From Deltaproteobacteria bacterium (GTDB lineage: Bacteria; Desulfobacterota; Binatia; DP-6), in assembly GCA_005879585.1 (NCBI GenBank), contig VBKG01000327.1:11932-75931 (forward strand): 64,000 nucleotides of DNA, read 5' to 3'. The position numbers and the translations under genes were made by a program. Positions 42,384 to 51,016 of this stretch are shown here, piece by piece. Each line of letters starts with the position of its first letter. The stretch's first letter is position 1. The notes under the pieces were generated by a model. The model did no database searches. It was not told where the DNA came from and was given only the letters and a program-made list of their open reading frames with translations.

Positions 42384-44459
42384 TCAATTGACGAACCGCA
42401 GACCGGCGGGCGTGCGCTCGATGTCCTTGTGCTGGAGCGGAAGGCGCAGCTCCTGGCGACGGCCGGTCGGGTCGGTCATCGTGTCGACGCGTTCGAAGTC
42501 CACGGCCGCCCGCTCGCCGTCGAGGCGAACGGCGCGGATGTGGACGTCGACCCGCAGGTTCTCGATCGTGCCGAAGTAGCGGGTCAACCGCTCGGCGTCG
42601 GCCTGCGACCGGACCTGTCCCATGCGCTGCAGTGCGCCGACATCGTGACTCGACCAGGCATGCGCATACTCCGCGAACCAGTGCTGCACCTCTTCCTCGC
42701 TGAGCGCCGTGGCGGAGCGGGTCACCCGCGACGCATCGATCGGCGGCGCGGCATGCTCGTCGATCCGCGCCGCGGTGGTCGGCGGGACGGGCGGCGGGAG
42801 AGTCGCCCGCGGCACCGTCGCGACGCGCGGCGGCTCGGCCGGCGGAACCCGCTCCTCCTGCCGTGCGGTCGACGGCTCCACACGCGGCGGCCGGCGCTCT
42901 CGCGCCGTCACCTCCCACGCATCGGCCGCCGCCACGGCGGTGGGACCATGCAGCACCACGCTGACGCGATGCCTCCCGGGCGTGTCGGGGGTGTATTCGA
43001 AGCTCGGACTCGCGCCGCGCTGCACGCGGCGGCCGTCGACCGACCACTCGTACATGCCATTGGCCGCGCCCGAGCCGATCCCCGTCGCGAGGTGCAGGCG
43101 CTCGCCGACGTCCCCGGCGATCCGCGAAGGGACGGGCGAGCGCGGCGGGAGTGGTCGCGGCACGGGCACCGCGGCGTCGCGCGGCGTTGGCTGCGGTTCG
43201 GCGACGGGCGGCGCCGGTTCGGGTGTGGGCCGGGCAACGACGACCGGAGGCGCCGGCTCGGACACGGCGGGCATCCGAGCCGCGGCGATCTGGGTCGGCG
43301 GCTCGGGCGCCGCCGGGACGACATCGGGCGGGGGTTTCGGGATCGCGGGCTCCTCCGGTGCCGGTGCGGACGGGGCCGCGGCGACGTCGGGCGACGGCTC
43401 GGCGGGCGGCACCGATGCTGGCGGCGATGGCGGCACCGGCTGCTCCGCGACGGGCGGCGGCAGCTCGGGGGCATGCTGCGCTTCCGCCTCCGCCACCTGT
43501 GCCGGCCCCTCGGGGGCTGCCGGCATCTCGACCTCGGCGACATGTGCGGGTGCGCCGGGCGCCCTCGGCATCTCGGGCTCGACCTCTCGTGCGACACTCT
43601 CGGGCGCGGGCGTCTCTGGCTCTGCAAGCTGCTCGTGAGGCGGCGGCACCTCGGGCTCCGCGACCGGTGGCGGAGCGGCTTCCTGCGGCGGCGGCGCCGG
43701 CGAAGGCGGCGGTGTCGGTGGAGGACGCCCGATCGGCCGGGCATTGGCGATCTGCACGGGCAACTCCGGCTGTGGCGCGGGCCCTGCGCCGACGAGCTCC
43801 CACTCGGCCAGCGACGCGGACCGCTCGTTCTCGACCACCCGAACCGTCACGCGATGGGGGCCGCTCTCGGGCGCCGGCAGCAAGAACTCGGAGACCGCCT
43901 CGGCGGCCGACTGCTCCTGGCGTGACATCGTGCGCCCGTCGACGATCCACTCGAACCACACGCGGTCCGCTGGTCGCGCCGCCGGTACCCGCGCGCCGCA
44001 GTGGAATGTCGCGCGGCCACCCCTCCGGACGACGACGCGACCCGGCGGTGGCGAGACTTCCAGTGCCGGCGGCACGGGCGGGACGACCCCGACGTCCCAC
44101 GCGTGCATCAAGGTGCCGCCGGTTGCGCCGCGAACGACCACCGTCACCTGCTGCCACCCCGCGTCCTCGGGCAGCGCCACGTACGTCCACGTGGGAAGGT
44201 GCGAGACGGTGCTTCCCCACATGGACCACGTGAACTCGACCGCGCCCGGGGCGGCGGCGGAGAAATGCACCGCCTCGCCGACCTCGATCGAAAGGCGCCG
44301 CGCATCTGGCGCGGCGTGGAGGGGACCGAGGCGCGGCCGGCGGGCCCAGACCCAGAACGCCGCGCCTCCCGCGGCGAGGAGGAGTGCGAGCACTGTGGCG
44401 AGGGACGCGCGGCGCAACGTCACGGCGATGAGCGTAGCCGCGCGCTCAGTGGCTCGCAA
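42384..44459 (-). CDS. hypothetical membrane-anchored protein: N-terminal TM, three PKD-like beta-sandwich repeats (W-x-x-DG ... H-R-V-x-V motifs), ~250-aa Pro/Ala/Glu-rich linker, C-terminal NTF2/SnoaL-like domain
   Basis: 691 aa with an N-terminal TM segment LATVLALLLAAGGAAFWVW. Three PKD-like repeats are visible: VEFTWSMWGS...WQQVTVVV, VWFEWIVDGRT...PHRVTVRV and MYEWSVDGRR...GRHRVSVVL. A PAPEP-rich linker follows, then a C-terminal ...EEVQHWFAEYAHAWSSHDVGALQRM... domain. The composition is protein-like, unlike the Arg-rich alternative frame 42229-44229. Confidence 0.7.
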   Translation of the reverse strand: MRATERAATLIAVTLRRASLATVLALLLAAGGAAFWVWARRPRLGPLHAAPDARRLSIEVGEAVHFSAAAPGAVEFTWSMWGSTVSHLPTWTYVALPEDAGWQQVTVVVRGATGGTLMHAWDVGVVPPVPPALEVSPPPGRVVVRRGGRATFHCGARVPAARPADRVWFEWIVDGRTMSRQEQSAAEAVSEFLLPAPESGPHRVTVRVVENERSASLAEWELVGAGPAPQPELPVQIANARPIGRPPPTPPPSPAPPPQEAAPPPVAEPEVPPPHEQLAEPETPAPESVAREVEPEMPRAPGAPAHVAEVEMPAAPEGPAQVAEAEAQHAPELPPPVAEQPVPPSPPASVPPAEPSPDVAAAPSAPAPEEPAIPKPPPDVVPAAPEPPTQIAAARMPAVSEPAPPVVVARPTPEPAPPVAEPQPTPRDAAVPVPRPLPPRSPVPSRIAGDVGERLHLATGIGSGAANGMYEWSVDGRRVQRGASPSFEYTPDTPGRHRVSVVLHGPTAVAAADAWEVTARERRPPRVEPSTARQEERVPPAEPPRVATVPRATLPPPVPPTTAARIDEHAAPPIDASRVTRSATALSEEEVQHWFAEYAHAWSSHDVGALQRMGQVRSQADAERLTRYFGTIENLRVDVHIRAVRLDGERAAVDFERVDTMTDPTGRRQELRLPLQHKDIERTPAGLRFVN

Positions 44460-44495
44460 TGCGAAAGCCGAACGTCGGTCGCGACCGCCTTTTGT

Positions 44496-46271
44496 TTACG
44501 TGCCCGGCCTGGCGCCGTCTTCGGCGACGCCAGCGGGCGGCGATCCCGTACGGCGCCGGAAGCCACGCGGCAGCAGGAGGTGGAGCGGCAGGACGCGCTC
44601 GCGCCGGCGCTCCGCCTCGAGGCCGCGGACCCGCGCCTCGAGCAGATCCGAGAGCGCGATCATGCCGAGCAGCCGTCGGCCCTCTCCGCGCTCGACGACG
44701 GGGAATCGCGTCCGCCCCGTCTCCGCCATGCGGTAGACGACCGCGCGCAGGGGCTCGTCGGGGTACGCCACGATGGGATCGGGTCTGACGAGCGCGCCCA
44801 CTCGGACGTCGGAATCGCTCCCGGCGAACGTGAGCAGACCGTCGAGATCGCGACGGGTCACGACGCCCACGAGACGCCGATCGGTGTCGACGACCGGACA
44901 GAGGAGCTGCCGGCGGGGGCGCTCCGCGCGCAGCGCCGCGAGCTCCATGCTGGCCGGCAGGGCGACCACGTTCCGGCGCATGACCTCGCGCACGAAGAGA
45001 ATCTCCAGCGGATCGACGGCGTACTCGCGACTCAGATGGTAGCCGCGCCGGCTGACCTTCTCGGTGAGGATCGACCGGCGGAGCGCCAGCACGGTGAACC
45101 CGTGCGCCAGGGTCACGGATACGAGAAGCGGCAGCAGCATGTTGACGTCGTGGGTGAGCTCGAGCGCGAAGACGATGCCCGTGAAGGGTGAGCGCATCGT
45201 CCCGCCGAGGATGGCGCCCATGCTGACGAGCGGCCAGAACCCCGTTCCCTCGTCCGGCAAGACAAGCGCTTCGACGCCGCCGAGCGCACCGCCCATCAAG
45301 AGGAGCGGGGCCAGCACGCCGCCCGAGGTTCCCGAGCCGAGCGATACGCTCCAGACGACGGACTTGACGAGCAGGAGGCCGATGATGACCCGCCCCGCGA
45401 CCTGACCCTGGAGCAGCGCGCCGATCGTGTCGTAGCCGACGCCGAGCGCCTCGGGAAAAACCAGACCGCCCACGCCGACCACCAGGCCGCCGATCGCGGG
45501 CCACCACATCCAGTGAAGCGGCAGCCGCGCGAACACGTCCTCGGCCGCGTAGACTGCGCCCGTGAGGACGACCGAGAGGGCGCCGGCCGCCAGTCCCGCG
45601 AGCGCACACCCGACGAGGCCCGCCGGGCCGATGAAGAGCGGATGCGCTGGCGCGAGAAAGAGCGGACCGAGACCAATCACGTAGCGGCGTGCCGCGGCGG
45701 CGCTGGCACTGGCGAGCGCGACCGGAACCAGGCTCCGCGGCTTCCACTCGAAGAGCAGCAGCTCGACGGCGAGCGCCACCGCCGCGACGGGCGAGGCGAA
45801 CGTCGCGGACATGCCGCCCGCCGCGCCGGCCACGAGGAGCGTCTTCCGTTCGGCGCTCGTCAGCTTCAGGAACTGCGCGATCATCGAGCCGAAGGCGCCG
45901 CCGGTCATGATGATCGGACCTTCGGCACCGAACGGGCCACCGCTCCCGATGGAGATGGCGGCCGAGAGCGGCTTCAAGAACGCGACCCGCGGCTCCACGC
46001 GGCTGCCGCGGATCAGGATGGACTCGATCGCTTCGGGGATCCCGTGGCCACGGATCCGCTCGGAGCCGTACCGCGCCATCAAGCCCACGACCAGCGCGCC
46101 GGCGGCGGGCACCAGCACGACGAGCCCGCCGAGGTGGTGGCCCGCCGGCGAGACCAGCGTGACACCCCAGCGCTGGAAGAAGAACAGGTTGGTGAAGAGC
46201 CCGATGAGGCGCAAGAGGGCCCACGCGACGCACGTGCTGAGGAGCCCGATCGCGACCGCGGCGACCGACAT
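44496..46271 (-). CDS. ClC-family chloride channel/H+-Cl- antiporter with C-terminal CBS pair
   Basis: It carries ClC selectivity motifs (GSGIPE-like GHGIPEAIESI, GAEGPIIMTGGAFGS, GxFxP-like GVLAPLL) and two C-terminal CBS-like segments. The start was chosen at MSVAAVAIGLL. The track ORF carries a further 270 codons in-frame through marR antisense and is rejected. Confidence 0.8.
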   Translation of the reverse strand: MSVAAVAIGLLSTCVAWALLRLIGLFTNLFFFQRWGVTLVSPAGHHLGGLVVLVPAAGALVVGLMARYGSERIRGHGIPEAIESILIRGSRVEPRVAFLKPLSAAISIGSGGPFGAEGPIIMTGGAFGSMIAQFLKLTSAERKTLLVAGAAGGMSATFASPVAAVALAVELLLFEWKPRSLVPVALASASAAAARRYVIGLGPLFLAPAHPLFIGPAGLVGCALAGLAAGALSVVLTGAVYAAEDVFARLPLHWMWWPAIGGLVVGVGGLVFPEALGVGYDTIGALLQGQVAGRVIIGLLLVKSVVWSVSLGSGTSGGVLAPLLLMGGALGGVEALVLPDEGTGFWPLVSMGAILGGTMRSPFTGIVFALELTHDVNMLLPLLVSVTLAHGFTVLALRRSILTEKVSRRGYHLSREYAVDPLEILFVREVMRRNVVALPASMELAALRAERPRRQLLCPVVDTDRRLVGVVTRRDLDGLLTFAGSDSDVRVGALVRPDPIVAYPDEPLRAVVYRMAETGRTRFPVVERGEGRRLLGMIALSDLLEARVRGLEAERRRERVLPLHLLLPRGFRRRTGSPPAGVAEDGARPGT

Positions 46272-46354
46272 CGGGACGACCCGCCACGTGGTCGTGAAAT
46301 CGCCGAGCTCGCTGGCGCGCGCGGAAGCGAGCTCCCTGACCGTACCGGACGCGC

Positions 46355-46798
46355 TCACCGCCCGCGCACCGCTCGACCCGGCCGATCGCCCGTCAGCGCC
46401 GCGAGTGAGCGCAGAAGAGCCGGTGCGACGGCCCGCAGCTCGGCGCGGTGGGCGAGCGAGAGCCGGGGCAGCACCCGCTCGCCACGTGGCGTCAGTCGCA
46501 CGACGACCTGCCGCCGATCGGTCGTTCCCGGACGGCGCCGCACGAGGTTTCGCGCTGCCATCCGATCGATCAGCTCCACCATGGTGTGGTGCCGGAGCTG
46601 CAAGCGATCGGCGAGGACGCCGATCGTGGCGGCGGTGCCGTCGGGCATGCCCCTCAACGCGAGCAGCACCTGATGGTGCTGCGGTTCGAGACCCGCGCCG
46701 CGGGCCGCGTCCTCGCTGAAACGCAGGAGGCGGCGCAGCTGACAGCGGAACTCCGCCAGTGCGCGGTATTCGGCGACGGTCAGCCGCTCGTCCGCCAC
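46355..46798 (-). CDS. MarR-family transcriptional regulator
   Basis: 147 aa with a GTG start and a winged-helix region ...LLALRGMPDGTAATIGVLADRLQLRHHTMVELIDRMAARNLVRRRPGTTDRRQVVVRLTPRGE... Confidence 0.85.
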   Translation of the reverse strand: MADERLTVAEYRALAEFRCQLRRLLRFSEDAARGAGLEPQHHQVLLALRGMPDGTAATIGVLADRLQLRHHTMVELIDRMAARNLVRRRPGTTDRRQVVVRLTPRGERVLPRLSLAHRAELRAVAPALLRSLAALTGDRPGRAVRGR

Positions 46799-46806
46799 GT
46801 CGGCGA

Positions 46807-46827
46807 TTATATCGCAGAGCGATATAA
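46807..46827. promoter_or_regulatory. AT-rich perfect inverted repeat TTATATCGC-aga-GCGATATAA overlapping a consensus TATAAT -10 for marR (putative MarR operator; leaderless transcript likely)
   Basis: The arms are 9 bp each, separated by a 3-nt spacer. The minus-strand reading is gcgaTATAATcgccgacGTG(marR start), which places the -10 ~7 nt from the start codon. This is a striking AT island in ~70% GC DNA. Confidence 0.55.
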
Positions 46828-46849
46828 ATGCCAGCCCCGCCTGGCGCGG

Positions 46850-47029
46850 TCAGGCCGGCTCGCGAAGCCGCGGGAGGAGGCCCTTCAGGAACGTTTCCGT
46901 CTTCTTCAAGTTCTCTCGAAAGCTCATGCTCTCGGTTCCCGCGATCTCCATGCGGAGGTCCGAGAGGTAGCTCTCGAGAACGTCGCGGAGCATGCGGGCT
47001 TCTTCCGGGGTGAGATCGACGCGAGCCAT
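46850..47029 (-). CDS. hypothetical small protein (59 aa) downstream of degP; possible ribbon-helix-helix-like fold
   Basis: MARVDLTPEEARMLRDVLESYLSDLRMEIAGTESMSFRENLKKTETFLKGLLPRLREPA, preceded by a strong SD (caGGAGGctcccgATG). The track ORF starts 16 codons upstream. Confidence 0.55.
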   Translation of the reverse strand: MARVDLTPEEARMLRDVLESYLSDLRMEIAGTESMSFRENLKKTETFLKGLLPRLREPA

Positions 47030-47090
47030 CGGGAGCCTCCTGCCCGGCGATGATAGCCCGGTCGGGAGGCACGGCAATCACGCCGCCGCG

Positions 47091-48461
47091 CTACCGCTCC
47101 ATCTCGATGAACACCGACGCCCCGTTGCGCCGCACGAGCAGCAAGGCTCGGCGCGGGCTCGCGGCGAGCGCGCGCCCGAGATCGGCCGGCGATCGCACGG
47201 CGCGACGGTTGACCTCGACGACGACGTCACCCGGCTCGACCCCCGCCTCGTCGGCGGGGCTGCCCTCCGCGACGTCGGTGACGATCACCCCGCTGCCCGG
47301 CTTGACGCCCAGCCGGCGCGCGTCGTCGCGCCCGAGGGCCGCCACCGCGAGTCCCCACGCCTCGAGGCTGCCGCCGCGCGACGGCGCGCGGCTCTCGCGA
47401 CGCTCCTCGGCGGGCATGCGGTCGACGGTGACGTCGACGGTCCGCTCGCGCCCCTCGCGCACGACGGCGACCGGCACGCGCGTTCCTGGCGGCGTGAGCG
47501 CGACCATCAGCGGCAGCTCGCGCGAGTGCTGCACGCGACGGTCGCCCCAGCGGACGATGACGTCGCCGCGCGCGATGCCGGCCTTGGACGCCGGCCCGCC
47601 GGGTGTCACGTCCGCGACGAGCGCACCTTCCGCGCCGTGCAGCCCGAAGGAGCGGGCGAGGTCCGGGGTGACCGACTGGACCGCGACGCCCATCCAGCCG
47701 CGCACGACGCTGCCATGCTCGCGGATCTGGTCGACCACCCAGCGCACCAGCGCGATCGGGACGGCGAACCCGATGCCGACGTTGCCGCCAGCCGGGCTGA
47801 CGATGGCCGCATTGATGCCGACGACCCGGCCGTCCTGGTCGACGAGCGGTCCGCCGGAGTTGCCGGGATTGATCGACGCGTCGGTCTGGATGAAGTCGTC
47901 GTACGGGCCGGCGCCGAGGAAGCGGCCCTTCGCGCTCACGATGCCCGCGGTGGCGGTCTGCGTGAGACCGAACGGATTGCCGATCGCCAGCACCCAGTCG
48001 CCCACCTTGAGACTCTCGGAGTCCCCGAGCGGCAGCGTGGGGAGCGGGTGCGCCGCCTTGATGTGGACGAGAGCGATGTCCGTCTTGTCGTCACTGCCGA
48101 CGAGCTTCGCGTCGAACTCCTCCTCGGTCGCCATGCGCACGCGGATCTTGTCCGCCCCCTTGACGACGTGGTTGTTCGTCACGACGTCGCCGTCGGCGGA
48201 GATGACGAAGCCGGAGCCGAGGCTCCGGCTGACGGCCGGCGGCTCGCCCAAAAAGCGGTGGAGGAAGTCCTGCATCGACTCCGGCGGTCCCTGTCCCTCC
48301 TCGCCCGCGCGCCCGACCGTCGAGATGTTCACCACCGCAGGCTCGGCCCGCGCGAGGACGTCGGCGAACGAGGGGAGCCGGTCCCCCGCTGCAGCCGGCG
48401 TCACTCCGAGCAGGGCGCCGAGTGCGACGAGGCCGCCCCGGCCCGCCCCGGCAGTCGGCAT
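47091..48461 (-). CDS. degP: periplasmic serine endoprotease DegP/HtrA (trypsin domain + 2 PDZ)
   Basis: 456 aa with a signal peptide, the catalytic triad context (HVV...D...GNSGGPL) and two PDZ-like regions. Confidence 0.88.
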   Translation of the reverse strand: MPTAGAGRGGLVALGALLGVTPAAAGDRLPSFADVLARAEPAVVNISTVGRAGEEGQGPPESMQDFLHRFLGEPPAVSRSLGSGFVISADGDVVTNNHVVKGADKIRVRMATEEEFDAKLVGSDDKTDIALVHIKAAHPLPTLPLGDSESLKVGDWVLAIGNPFGLTQTATAGIVSAKGRFLGAGPYDDFIQTDASINPGNSGGPLVDQDGRVVGINAAIVSPAGGNVGIGFAVPIALVRWVVDQIREHGSVVRGWMGVAVQSVTPDLARSFGLHGAEGALVADVTPGGPASKAGIARGDVIVRWGDRRVQHSRELPLMVALTPPGTRVPVAVVREGRERTVDVTVDRMPAEERRESRAPSRGGSLEAWGLAVAALGRDDARRLGVKPGSGVIVTDVAEGSPADEAGVEPGDVVVEVNRRAVRSPADLGRALAASPRRALLLVRRNGASVFIEMER

Positions 48462-48465
48462 CCGG

Positions 48466-48867
48466 TCAGCTCGCCGCGCCCGTCCCGGGCTTCAGCTCGA
48501 CGACGTTGCCCTCGGGATCGCGGACGTAGACCGACGGGCCGATCCCGCGCGCGCCGTAGCGGACCGCGGGCTCGCCGATCATCTCGACGCCCGCGTCCTC
48601 CAGGTAGCGGACGAGCGCGGACATCTCGGTCGCCGCGATGCCGAGGCAGAAATGGTCGACATTGGCGCCGTCCGCGCTCCGCTCGGGCGACGGGACGAGA
48701 TCGATCATGCCGCGCCCCGCCCGCAGCTGGATGAGCCCGATCGCCTCGATGCGACGCTCCTCGACGAGCCCGAGGATCCGCGTGTAGAAGTCGAGCGCGC
48801 GTTCCGGATCGCGGCAGCGGAGAACGACGTGGTCGAGCTCCTCGACGCGAATCGGCCGCTCGCCCAC
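48466..48867 (-). CDS. VOC-family (glyoxalase/bleomycin-resistance/dioxygenase fold) protein
   Basis: ...IRVEELDHVVLRCRDPERALDFYTRILGL... The start was chosen at GTG (VGERP), because the upstream track region is poly-Ser junk. An SD-led 15-codon uORF precedes it. Confidence 0.7.
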   Translation of the reverse strand: MGERPIRVEELDHVVLRCRDPERALDFYTRILGLVEERRIEAIGLIQLRAGRGMIDLVPSPERSADGANVDHFCLGIAATEMSALVRYLEDAGVEMIGEPAVRYGARGIGPSVYVRDPEGNVVELKPGTGAAS

Positions 48868-49018
48868 CGAGTCAGACCTTGGCCCCGGGCTCGAGCTGCT
48901 CGAGGAGCTTCGCGACCATCTCGCCTCCTTTCGTCTGCACAGAGAGCGCGAGTGGCGGCGCCGTGTCAATTGCCCCGCGGTGCCGCCGCCGCTCCCGTCT
49001 CGTGCGAAGAGGCGCGCC

Positions 49019-50410
49019 TCACGCCGCGACCCAGTTCCCGTGGAAGCCGTACGGCACGCGGTGTGGCAGCGTCACGCGCGCCACCGGTTCCCCCGCGACG
49101 TCCTGGGCGTCGAGGATCCAGAAGTCGCTGGTGTCGCGCGCGGCGTCGTAGACGAGCACCAGTACCCACCCGTCGTCCTCGCCGGCCGACGCCGTGCGCG
49201 GCACGAAAAGCGGCTCACCGACGCCGTTGCCGGCGCCGAACCGCCGCTCCGTCACGCCGCCGCGCTCGAGGTCGTACTTGCGGACGGCGGTCCACAGCGG
49301 CTGCGCGCCGTCGTTCAGCTCCGGCTCGCGCGCTGCCATGTACCCGAATCGATGACGACGGCCGAGCCGTCGCTCGTCGACCCGCGGGAACTCCGTGACG
49401 ATGTCGTCGAGCGGGGTCGACGCGACGCCGCCGCGCGCGAGGTCGATCCGCCAACGGTGGAGGCGAGCCGCGTTGGCGTCACGGTACCCGGGCTCCTCGA
49501 CCGCGGCGGCGCTCATGAAGTCGAGTCGCCCGTAGCGGGCGACGTCGAGGACGATGGCGTCACCGTCTTCGTACGCATTCATCGGGTGGAAAACGTACGA
49601 CGGATCGGTGTCGAACCAGCGGACGTCCGCGTTGCCTCCGCGCCGTGGCATGATGCCGAGGCGCGTGCCACGCTCCGGCTCCCACGAGAACGCGCCGCCG
49701 CGCTCCGCGAGGCGCTCGAAGCTGAACACCAGCGGGCAGAGGATGAAGATCACGTGGTCCTTCGTGATCGCGAAGTCGTGCATCATCGACGGCCAGGCGA
49801 CGTCGATGACCTCGCTCCGCACGAGCGCGCCGTCGGCGGCCGCGACGTGGTACGTGAGGTACGGCGGGAACGGCGAGTAGCCGAAGAAAAGCATCTCGCC
49901 GGTCTCGGGATCGAGCTTCGGATGCGCCGTCATGGGACCGGCGAGCCGCCCGTCGAAGTCGTACTCGCCGACGGTGTCGAGCGGGCCGGCCATCATCCGC
50001 GTGGGGAGGGCGGCCTCCACGAGCGCGAGCAGCTTACCCGCATGCCAGACGATGTTCGTGTTGCCGGTGTTCTTGAAACCCGGAATCTCCGTGGCCTGGA
50101 ACTCGAGCAGGCCGCGGTAGAGCGCGCGGCCTGCCTCCTGCTCCTCGCGGAGCCCGCGGCTCAGGACGTAGCGGTTCCGGTAGCTCGCGCGCCCGTCGTC
50201 GAGCGTGACGGCGTGGATCATTCCGTCGCCGTCGAACCAGTGATAGCGGCCGAGCGGCGGGAATGCGGGATTCGGGCCGTTTCGGTAATAGGTGCCGTTC
50301 AGCTCGCGCGGGATCCGTCCGACGACCGGGAGGTCGCGCGCCGCGCCTTCGGTACCCCAGGGCGCGAAGTTGTTCTGGAGGAACATGTTCGGACTCGATT
50401 CAGCGGACAT
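49019..50410 (-). CDS. carotenoid cleavage oxygenase family protein (RPE65/lignostilbene dioxygenase fold)
   Basis: 463 aa with four His iron ligands in a conserved context (...WFDGDGMIHA..., ...MMHDFAITKD..., ...YVFHPMNAYED..., ...PYGFHGNWV). Confidence 0.85.
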   Translation of the reverse strand: MSAESSPNMFLQNNFAPWGTEGAARDLPVVGRIPRELNGTYYRNGPNPAFPPLGRYHWFDGDGMIHAVTLDDGRASYRNRYVLSRGLREEQEAGRALYRGLLEFQATEIPGFKNTGNTNIVWHAGKLLALVEAALPTRMMAGPLDTVGEYDFDGRLAGPMTAHPKLDPETGEMLFFGYSPFPPYLTYHVAAADGALVRSEVIDVAWPSMMHDFAITKDHVIFILCPLVFSFERLAERGGAFSWEPERGTRLGIMPRRGGNADVRWFDTDPSYVFHPMNAYEDGDAIVLDVARYGRLDFMSAAAVEEPGYRDANAARLHRWRIDLARGGVASTPLDDIVTEFPRVDERRLGRRHRFGYMAAREPELNDGAQPLWTAVRKYDLERGGVTERRFGAGNGVGEPLFVPRTASAGEDDGWVLVLVYDAARDTSDFWILDAQDVAGEPVARVTLPHRVPYGFHGNWVAA

Positions 50411-51002
50411 GGACGGCCTCCTTTCGGGTGAGCTGGGCGATCATCGCGTTGCACACGAGCGCGACGGCGGGAGCCCCGGGTTTCCAGAAACCGGCGATCA
50501 GCAGCGACGTGACGCCGTGGACGGCGGACCAGAACGCGGCGGTGGCGTCTTCGACCGCTGCCGTGAGACGTCCCGCCGCGTCGATTGCGGCGACGCGCCG
50601 CCGCAGCCGATCGTACGAGGCGAGCGCGGCAGCGGTGGGCCGTCGCGCCGTGGAGCGCTGGAACATCAGGCGGTAGTGCGCCGGATGCGCGAGCCCGTAC
50701 TCGACGTAGCGCGCGAAGCCCCAGCGCAGCGCCTCGACGGGATCCGCCGGCGGCCGCCGGCGCGTGAAGGTCCGGTCGAATTCCGCAAAGCACTCGTCGA
50801 CGAGCCGGTCGACGAGTGCGCCCTTGTCGCCGAAGTGATGGTAGACGGTCGGCGGCGTCACGCCGGCGCGAGCACAGAGCTCGCGGATCGAGAGCCCCGC
50901 CTCTCCGCCGCGCGCCAGCAGCGTCTCCGCCGCCGCGAGGATCGCGCGCCGCGTGGCGGCCGGCCCCCGATCGCGGGCGCGCAGCGTCGCCGTGGCCGGC
51001 AT
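50400..51002 (-). CDS. TetR-family transcriptional regulator
   Basis: 200 aa with an N-terminal HTH, ...RRAILAAAETLLARGGEAGLSIRELCARAGVTPPTVYHHFGDKGALV... Confidence 0.85.
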   Translation of the reverse strand: MPATATLRARDRGPAATRRAILAAAETLLARGGEAGLSIRELCARAGVTPPTVYHHFGDKGALVDRLVDECFAEFDRTFTRRRPPADPVEALRWGFARYVEYGLAHPAHYRLMFQRSTARRPTAAALASYDRLRRRVAAIDAAGRLTAAVEDATAAFWSAVHGVTSLLIAGFWKPGAPAVALVCNAMIAQLTRKEAVHVR

Positions 51003-51016
51003 GGATCGTCGTATAG

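Noticed and set aside
42229-44229. A 666-aa minus-strand ORF overlapping the PKD/NTF2 protein in another frame.
   Set aside because: The translation is an Arg/Gly/Ala homopolymer-like string, a GC artefact. The 42384-44459 frame has domain-like motifs and balanced composition.
44446-46287. A 613-aa minus-strand ORF overlapping the ClC gene in another frame. Separately, the first 270 codons of track ORF 44496-47081 run upstream of the ClC start.
   Set aside because: ClC motifs appear only in frame 44496-46271. The upstream in-frame extension runs antisense through marR and the small ORF, and is Arg-rich junk.
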